From the IMG/VR virus record IMGVR_UViG_3300025383_000020: a stretch of DNA of 20,000 nucleotides; one strand, 5' to 3'. Position numbers and translations under genes: made by a program. The stretch comes from an uncultured virus (IMG/VR IMGVR_UViG_3300025383_000020) (lineage: Duplodnaviria > Heunggongvirae > Uroviricota > Caudoviricetes). Of this stretch, positions 14,570-20,000 are shown piece by piece (positions within the stretch are counted from its first letter, which is position 1; the number at the start of each line of letters is the position of its first letter). The notes below the pieces were generated by a model, which was not told where the DNA came from, searched no databases, and saw only the letters and a list, made by a program, of their open reading frames with translations.

Positions 14570-15355
14570 ATGCAACTACAATCCAAAAAGACAATCACCA
14601 AGACGATTACTAAATATCGCCTGCACCCAGAGATCGATGCCTACCTGGAGATCACTGAAGAGTCAAGCTCAAGGAGCAAGAAGGAGAATCGCAAGCTAGT
14701 CTGTGCCGAATACCTTGGAGAATCGCCGATAAAGGGAGCCTACCCGATGCTGGTGAAGCCCGAATTTTTTGAGCTCATCAAGAGACTGAATCCTTGGGTG
14801 ACAGTACGAGGCAAGTTTGGCTGGGACGGCATGGGGGTCGACGCTGAAGACCTGGCGAAATCCGTCCTATTGGACCCGACGGTTACAATAGACCCCGACC
14901 ACTTCATCTGGAGTTACGGTGCAGGTCACCTCATCTTCGACCGTCACGGAGACCCTATCCCAGTTCCCTACTGTTTCGACTACATCAGTTCGCCTTTTGA
15001 AAATCAACACTGTGACCTCAAGCCGATGCTGGCCCACCTGAAGCAGCACCCATGGGTAGTGAACCGCGACGAACTCTCGATACAGGACGTGCCGTACTAC
15101 AACAACGAGAGCGGAGACCGCCAGTTCATCGCCGGCAAGGAGATGCCTTGGGTGTCGGTGCTGCCCGACAAAGCAGCTTTAAAGGAGATCTACCAGAGAG
15201 CACTGGAAAAAGATCGCGAATACTTCTCGGTGAGGATGAAAGACTTGCTGCTTTCTGACGCGGTGTACAACTGGCCAACTACTAAAGAAAAGGACTGGAT
15301 GGAAATACGACAGTTCTACAAGCCATCGAGAGACGAGGAATACTATTCACACTAG
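14570..15355 (+). CDS. Hypothetical protein (261 aa)
   Basis: Long ORF alone between a promoter and a terminator; no family recognised. Confidence 0.85.
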   Translation: MQLQSKKTITKTITKYRLHPEIDAYLEITEESSSRSKKENRKLVCAEYLGESPIKGAYPMLVKPEFFELIKRLNPWVTVRGKFGWDGMGVDAEDLAKSVLLDPTVTIDPDHFIWSYGAGHLIFDRHGDPIPVPYCFDYISSPFENQHCDLKPMLAHLKQHPWVVNRDELSIQDVPYYNNESGDRQFIAGKEMPWVSVLPDKAALKEIYQRALEKDREYFSVRMKDLLLSDAVYNWPTTKEKDWMEIRQFYKPSRDEEYYSH

Positions 15356-15379
15356 AATCATAAACACCCAATTATTGAG

Positions 15380-15406
15380 AGGCCAGTCACAAGACTGGCC
15401 TTTTTT
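15380..15406 (+). terminator. Rho-independent terminator
   Basis: AGGCCAGTC-ACAA-GACTGGCCT plus T run. Confidence 0.88.
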
Positions 15407-15497
15407 GGTTTTCGTCGAATCCCAAGCTAGCTGGAGCAGCGCGTCTCTGGCAGAGATCCGAAAAATTGTCCAAAAAAGTTTCAAAAAAGTTTCCAGT

Positions 15498-15522
15498 TGT
15501 CAGGGGAAAGCTTTATATTTAC
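15498..15522 (+). promoter_or_regulatory. Putative early promoter
   Basis: TGTCA-N11-TATATTTAC. Confidence 0.8.
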
Positions 15523-15542
15523 TTCTATAAATCAAACAACAT

Positions 15543-15791
15543 ATGACACTTACACCAATTAATTCCAGTGACCTCAGGGAACGCCTTTCCAACGGGATAA
15601 TTAGTTTTGCATTTAAGAAATTGAACGGTCACCTGAGGACTGCCGTGGGCACCACGAACCTTAGTTCGATACCAGTGCAGAGTCACCCAAAGGGAGGACG
15701 CCCAAAGCCGGAGACGCAGATCGCCTACTGGGACCTGGAGAAGGGGCAGTGGCGTAGCCTTAACACTGCACAGGAAATTTTTATTTCCTAG
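15543..15791 (+). CDS. WYL_2/DUF2693 SH3-like beta-barrel protein
   Basis: FAFKKLNGHLRTAVGT...YWDLEKGQWRS signature. Confidence 0.8.
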   Translation: MTLTPINSSDLRERLSNGIISFAFKKLNGHLRTAVGTTNLSSIPVQSHPKGGRPKPETQIAYWDLEKGQWRSLNTAQEIFIS

Positions 15792-15801
15792 TATTTCAAG
15801 T

Positions 15802-15826
15802 TGTCAGAATTTAGTATTATATTCAT
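15802..15826 (+). promoter_or_regulatory. Variant promoter TGTCA-N11-TATATTCAT (also contains TAGTA box)
   Basis: Same spacing as the other early promoters, with a variant downstream box. Confidence 0.6.
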
Positions 15827-15844
15827 ATCCTAAAACAAAGAAAC

Positions 15845-16096
15845 ATGACAAGCCAAAGATGCCTAAACCTAATTAACCACGGTGCGCACAACCTTGTAAG
15901 GAGCAACCTAAAGAAGCTGAGCCTCAAAGACAGGCTGCCGATACTGGAAGAGTGTATCCCTCACATATCCGTATCAGCAGAGAACATCTTCTTCTTTCGT
16001 GAGCACTTCTCGCAAGAGATAGGAGCAATCATGATGGCCAAGGGAGACCTTGCAAAGGCAGAGCAACTGTACAACACTGCAAAAGGCCTCAAGTAA
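15845..16096 (+). CDS. Hypothetical protein
   Basis: 83-aa ORF with AAAC-ATG start. Confidence 0.75.
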   Translation: MTSQRCLNLINHGAHNLVRSNLKKLSLKDRLPILEECIPHISVSAENIFFFREHFSQEIGAIMMAKGDLAKAEQLYNTAKGLK

Positions 16097-16137
16097 GGCT
16101 TACTCCGTAGTATTAAATTAACCCTAAAATAGTAAAA

Positions 16138-16461
16138 ATGACTAATCAAAAGCTAATAGACATGCTGGTCGCTAACCCTCTTACCGAAAGGGAGATCGGC
16201 TATAACTGTGCCGTTATCGAGATTCTTAAGGAGATGCACGGAGTCGCCGAAGAGGACGTGGCCCATTCCATACTTGTTTCAGTCATTCCTAACTATTACA
16301 TTAATGCTAAGGATGAAATTAAGAGCGAGCTCAAGCACTTCCTAGGTTCAAACCAAAAGCTCGAGTTTATTAAGATACTGAAGGCCTTATCGGGTCTGGG
16401 ACTCAAGGAAGCGAAAGAACTGGCCGACCTTGCCTGGGACAAGTTTCGACCGTACCGCTAG
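16138..16461 (+). CDS. Protein with C-terminal ribosomal L7/L12-CTD-like (ClpS-like fold) motif
   Basis: QKLEFIKILKALSGLGLKEAKELAD matches the bL12 motif K..VIK.VR..TGLGLKEAK.LV. Confidence 0.75.
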   Translation: MTNQKLIDMLVANPLTEREIGYNCAVIEILKEMHGVAEEDVAHSILVSVIPNYYINAKDEIKSELKHFLGSNQKLEFIKILKALSGLGLKEAKELADLAWDKFRPYR

Positions 16462-16498
16462 GCGGAGCACCGGAGTAATCCGGGAACAGCACCTAGTA

Positions 16499-16528
16499 AG
16501 GGGCTAGTCGCAAGGCTGGCCCCTTTTT
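16499..16528 (+). terminator. Rho-independent terminator
   Basis: AGGGGCTAGTC-GCAA-GGCTGGCCCCT (with G-U pairs) plus T run. Confidence 0.85.
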
Positions 16529-16623
16529 CTTTTGGCTAAGCCCGAATCCCAGGGATCGGGGTCTCTGGCAGAGACCGCATGAATTCTGGATCCTGAAAAT
16601 AAATGTTACCAAAAGTTTTTAGT

Positions 16624-16648
16624 TGTCAGGAGGTTTAGTTATATTTAC
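16624..16648 (+). promoter_or_regulatory. Putative early promoter
   Basis: TGTCA-N11-TATATTTAC. Confidence 0.8.
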
Positions 16649-16666
16649 TACATAAAATTAAACAAG

Positions 16667-16975
16667 ATGAAAAAATCAGAATTTATAGAGCTAGCAATTA
16701 AGCTATACGAAGAAGCGATCCAATACGCCAGGGTAAGCAAGTGTAGCACAGATAGGTTATTGAAGTATCTGGAAAAGCGAAACCTGAAATACGGTATTTG
16801 TTTTCTTGCGGATCGTTCTGGCTTTGGGTACAGCATGCCGTGGATCAGCCGATACACAAAAGGATGCAATTATATTTGCGACCCACCGTATTGCTTAGCT
16901 GAAAAGCGCAATATCGTCGATGGGTTAGAGAAACGCCTGAAAGTTTTGCAAACTGAACTAAAAAAATGTCGCTAA
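16667..16975 (+). CDS. Hypothetical basic protein
   Basis: 102-aa ORF between two promoters. Confidence 0.8.
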   Translation: MKKSEFIELAIKLYEEAIQYARVSKCSTDRLLKYLEKRNLKYGICFLADRSGFGYSMPWISRYTKGCNYICDPPYCLAEKRNIVDGLEKRLKVLQTELKKCR

Positions 16976-16986
16976 AAATTTCCAGT

Positions 16987-17011
16987 TGTCAGGAGTATTC
17001 ATTATATTTAC
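16987..17011 (+). promoter_or_regulatory. Putative early promoter
   Basis: TGTCA-N11-TATATTTAC. Confidence 0.8.
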
Positions 17012-17029
17012 TACATAAAATCAAACAAA

Positions 17030-17338
17030 ATGTTTCAGAAAACAGAATACCTACCGAGCACTGAACACAATCCAGACTGCAACATCGCGGTTGGCTGGAT
17101 CAGTAAGGACGCCTACCTTACATACGGCAGATACATCAAGCCGTCAGTTTCGGTCAACGGGGTGACCTACCATTTAGAGTTTGTAGAATACTATAGCGGC
17201 AAGAACTACTGTCCTGAGTCGACCCAGAGGAGCTATTCCAGAATCTGGCACGTGCCGGGTCAGGTGCCGCCGGCCAAGTGGAGAGACGAGGTGACTGCCC
17301 TGCGCAGGTTTCTTTATTCACAAGAAGCAAAGAGATAA
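17030..17338 (+). CDS. Hypothetical protein
   Basis: 102-aa ORF between two promoters. Confidence 0.8.
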   Translation: MFQKTEYLPSTEHNPDCNIAVGWISKDAYLTYGRYIKPSVSVNGVTYHLEFVEYYSGKNYCPESTQRSYSRIWHVPGQVPPAKWRDEVTALRRFLYSQEAKR

Positions 17339-17364
17339 AATAAAGTTGCCCTAGAATTTTTCCG

Positions 17365-17389
17365 TGTCAAGAATAATAGTTATATTTAC
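17365..17389 (+). promoter_or_regulatory. Putative early promoter
   Basis: TGTCA-N11-TATATTTAC. Confidence 0.8.
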
Positions 17390-17404
17390 TCTATCACTAA
17401 AAAC

Positions 17405-17614
17405 ATGAACATGAACATAATTCAAACTGTTAACAAAGAGCTCTTTTACAGCGAAGAACTGGGGATGGTGTCTGACCTGGGACTGGCAACCCACCTTGAC
17501 GAGAGGAGCGCTGCCATGGCCATTGTAATGGGCAACATCATTGACCCAGATACTGGAGAGTCATACAACGAGGAAGACCTAGTAATACGTGAAATTTCAA
17601 TAACCTTAATCTAA
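17405..17614 (+). CDS. Hypothetical acidic protein
   Basis: 69-aa ORF after the promoter. Confidence 0.75.
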   Translation: MNMNIIQTVNKELFYSEELGMVSDLGLATHLDERSAAMAIVMGNIIDPDTGESYNEEDLVIREISITLI

Positions 17615-17616
17615 CC

Positions 17617-17952
17617 ATGGCAAAGATACGACTATTTCATGCGACCTCGGCCAAGCACGAGCAGAGCATTCGCGAGAAGGGACTCATCAGCCGGTGGGAG
17701 GGAGTCTACCTCACCGACTCGGCAGACAGTGCAGCTCGTTGGATTGGATTCCGGCTTGCTGCAATGGGAGAGACCCGAATGATCGTCGTCGAGGTCGAGG
17801 TGTCAGAGAAGAATCTTGTAGAAGGGGAAGACCACAGCCCGCTCATGGAAAAGCTGTTTGGTGTAGGTAAAAGCCTTTTACACCGTAGACCCATACCTGC
17901 ATCGGCGATCAAGGAGATACACTATTATGGGCTTAATCCGGAAATAAAGTGA
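17617..17952 (+). CDS. Small ADP-ribosyltransferase-fold protein (KptA/Tpt1 C-domain or PARP-like)
   Basis: LFHATS...SIREKGL...GVYLT..A...VVEV...PIPASAI pattern of H-type ART folds. Confidence 0.65.
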   Translation: MAKIRLFHATSAKHEQSIREKGLISRWEGVYLTDSADSAARWIGFRLAAMGETRMIVVEVEVSEKNLVEGEDHSPLMEKLFGVGKSLLHRRPIPASAIKEIHYYGLNPEIK

Positions 17953-18011
17953 GCCCGGATTTTAAAACTGACCGGAATATTAGTAGTATAATATTCTAAA
18001 CAATTTTTACT

Positions 18012-18209
18012 ATGCCAAGATTATCTACATCTGACAAACTCAACCGAGTTCAGGCCCGCCTCCGTCGCGGCGACATTACTAACATCGCTGAATCGACAGG
18101 ATACGACTTAAGCCACGTATATCGTGTACTCCGCGGTGAATCTTCACCGAATGTGCGCATCATAAACGAGGCTTACACTAAGGTCGGAAGCCGCAAGGTG
18201 ACTGCCTAA
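18012..18209 (+). CDS. Small basic helix-turn-helix DNA-binding protein
   Basis: ITNIAESTGYDLSHVYRVLRG HTH pattern. Confidence 0.75.
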   Translation: MPRLSTSDKLNRVQARLRRGDITNIAESTGYDLSHVYRVLRGESSPNVRIINEAYTKVGSRKVTA

Positions 18210-18231
18210 GAGAAACCGGTTGAGAAAACTG

Positions 18232-18258
18232 AAGGACCCCCAACGTGGGGTCCTTTTT
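18232..18258 (+). terminator. Rho-independent terminator
   Basis: AAGGACCCC-CAACGT-GGGGTCCTT plus T run. Confidence 0.88.
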
Positions 18259-18343
18259 GTGTTTGCTTGGCCCAACTTGGAAAAAGACCAGCACAGGGTC
18301 TCTGGAAAAATAGTTGAAAAATAGTTGCTCAAAAATTTTTAGT

Positions 18344-18368
18344 TGTCAGGGGAAAGCTTTATATTTAC
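18344..18368 (+). promoter_or_regulatory. Putative early promoter
   Basis: TGTCA-N11-TATATTTAC. Confidence 0.8.
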
Positions 18369-18396
18369 TATATCAATCAAACAAAATACTAATACA

Positions 18397-19116
18397 ATGA
18401 CACGATTCGAAACATCAGACAACCTACCTCGCTACTTTAAGACAATAGGTAAACGCGAACTACTCACAGCAGAAGAAGAGACTGCTCTATCAAAGGACAT
18501 TCAATCGGGCAATCCACTGGCACTTGAAATGCTGGTCACCCGCAACTTAAAGCTTGTCGTCACCCTGGCGAAACGTCACATCGGACAGGGTGTAGCAATA
18601 GACGACCTCATACAGGAAGGCAACCTGGGCCTGCAAGAGGCTGCTCGTCGATTCAACCCAGTAAACGGGGAGAGATTCGCCAGCTATGCAGCGTTGTGGA
18701 TCCGTAAGTATCTTAATGAAGCAGTCGTTGCACACGGCCGCATCGTTAGGCTGCCGCACAACCAGGAATACGACATCTACAAAGCCAAGGCTGCCGGCGA
18801 AGAGACTGTCAACCTTTCTACTGTCGAGATCGATTCGCCTGTCGGTGAAGACGGAGACACAACGATCGGTGACCTGCTGCTCAACTGCAAGTCAGACGCT
18901 GACGCAACAGTAGAAATGGATCATATCAAATTTACAGTGAGCAAGGCGCTTGCAGTGCTCAAGGACAGAGACAAGAAGATCGTGTCTGCCTACTTCGGTA
19001 TCGATGCTGAGTACGCAATGCCGACCGATATTATCGCTGAAAGATACGGCATGACTAATGTTAGGGTATGCCAGATCGTCAAAGCATCAATCGATAAAAT
19101 GAAATTAGCCATATGA
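18397..19116 (+). CDS. Second sigma-70 family factor (region 3 shortened); start revised to ATG 18397
   Basis: NLKLVVTLAKRH, DLIQEGNLGLQEAARRF, RFASYAALWIR, region 4 IAERYGMTNVRVCQI. The track's start at 18343 lies inside the promoter. Confidence 0.9.
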   Translation: MTRFETSDNLPRYFKTIGKRELLTAEEETALSKDIQSGNPLALEMLVTRNLKLVVTLAKRHIGQGVAIDDLIQEGNLGLQEAARRFNPVNGERFASYAALWIRKYLNEAVVAHGRIVRLPHNQEYDIYKAKAAGEETVNLSTVEIDSPVGEDGDTTIGDLLLNCKSDADATVEMDHIKFTVSKALAVLKDRDKKIVSAYFGIDAEYAMPTDIIAERYGMTNVRVCQIVKASIDKMKLAI

Positions 19117-19421
19117 ATCAAGTAATCCCAGTCATCGCCTTTGACGGCGATCGCGAGTTGCTCCTTACCGAGCAGGAGATCAAGCAGGAAGAGTCACCGG
19201 AAAAGGTGCTTACTCTTCTAGCCGGCACGATGGTCTACCGAGACCTCATGATGAACAACCCGGAGTTCAAGCACAAGTCCGACCCCAACACGGTCGTCCT
19301 GCTGACGAGAGGCTACCGCGTCCTGACGCAGCGACTCATGGAGCAGATAGGACTTGTTCCTGCCTTGAACAAGGTCGCTGCCATTCAAATGAATATTAAC
19401 CAACTAAATTCAGAAGCATGA
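19113..19421 (+). CDS. Hypothetical protein
   Basis: ATGA overlaps at both ends. Confidence 0.75.
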   Translation: MNQVIPVIAFDGDRELLLTEQEIKQEESPEKVLTLLAGTMVYRDLMMNNPEFKHKSDPNTVVLLTRGYRVLTQRLMEQIGLVPALNKVAAIQMNINQLNSEA

Positions 19422-19879
19422 AATACCTAATCGTGATACTAGCTCTTGCTGCAGCCCTATGGGTAGTCACCGAACAGAAATGCAGAGAGAGTGAACCGCT
19501 GATTGATCCTTCCATCAAGCCCTATGTCGAAGAGTGGAAGAGAGACATGGACCGTGCTGGCATCGACTACAGAGCCGCTTACGGCAGGCTCGACCGGATT
19601 GAAGTACGGCCTTACTCCGTAGAAGGAGCTGCAGGCGAGACCCAAACTGGTGCTAGGACTATCATCATCTACGGCAAACAGATCGAGCGCGGCGAGTATT
19701 CCACGAGGGAGACCGTGTACCATGAGCTTGGCCACTGGGTCTTTCACCTTGAGCACGGCAGCTGCACCATCATGGAGACCAATGCTCGGAGCAATGCCAA
19801 GATCGAAGCCCGCTGGTCAGAGGCAGTCGACGAGTATCTTGAAGCCTGTAAGAAACTGGAGATAAATTCTAAGTATTAG
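19418..19879 (+). CDS. Exported/membrane-anchored zincin (metzincin-like) metallopeptidase
   Basis: Hydrophobic N-terminus; HELGHWVFHLEH zinc motif followed by CTIM Met-turn. Confidence 0.8.
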   Translation: MKYLIVILALAAALWVVTEQKCRESEPLIDPSIKPYVEEWKRDMDRAGIDYRAAYGRLDRIEVRPYSVEGAAGETQTGARTIIIYGKQIERGEYSTRETVYHELGHWVFHLEHGSCTIMETNARSNAKIEARWSEAVDEYLEACKKLEINSKY

Positions 19880-19906
19880 TATATTATTCACTAAATTGAA
19901 ACTTAA

Positions 19907-20000
19907 ATGAAAGAAAAAACTGCATTACAGGACCTGCTTGAGTGGGTAGAGACATCAGAAAAAACTGACGGCCACTTCATATATGACCACAACATCAAGC
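19907..20000 (+). CDS. Hypothetical protein, partial (runs off right edge)
   Basis: MKEKTALQDLLEWVETSEKTDGHFIYDHNIK..., after a TAGTA box at 19877. Confidence 0.6.
   Translation, partial: MKEKTALQDLLEWVETSEKTDGHFIYDHNIK

Noticed and set aside
18343..18396. Longer starts given by the ORF track (18343; likewise 9465 and 10652)
   Set aside because: These extensions run through promoter motifs; downstream ATGs match paralog leaders or the usual start context.
1..20000. Alternative genetic code (stop-codon reassignment)
   Set aside because: TAG, TGA and TAA all end well-formed genes at sensible boundaries, and coding density is high in the standard code.
1..20000. Bacterial chromosome segment (because of clpP and rpoD-like genes)
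   Set aside because: Both sigmas and the ClpP are divergent and lack their usual operon context. Dense ORFans, repeated promoters and T4-like leaders point to a large phage.

Overview
This window looks like part of a large tailed dsDNA phage genome in the standard genetic code. The host is probably Bacteroidota, inferred from short SigA-like sigma factors, TAnnTTT-type promoter boxes and A-rich starts with no Shine-Dalgarno. The left ~11 kb holds mostly minus-strand genes behind a T4-late-like GATAAATA box. Nine of their products begin with a T4-internal-protein-like leader ending in [LI]-x-E, including a tandem array of five paralogous 26-aa LRV/HEAT-like repeat proteins (6763-10598). This part also has a duplicated convergent cassette (secreted CAP protein plus PG-binding-like protein), a ClpP with a large insertion, a sigma-70 factor, a secreted non-specific nuclease and a LamG protein. 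A GC-rich, repeat-laden, mostly non-coding zone (10612-11826) separates it from a plus-strand early region. That region consists of small ORFs in terminator-promoter cassettes (TGTCA-N11-TATATTTAC) and includes DUF1003, WYL_2/DUF2693, an L7/L12-CTD-like protein, an ART-fold protein, an HTH protein, a second sigma factor and a zincin. The best candidate for an undescribed system is the LRV array. It reads as a possibly virion-packaged, recombination-diversified repertoire of binder proteins with a constant scaffold, hypervariable surface positions, and a constant C-terminal tail that also encodes the next gene's promoter. All family assignments come from motif recognition by eye; no database searches were run.
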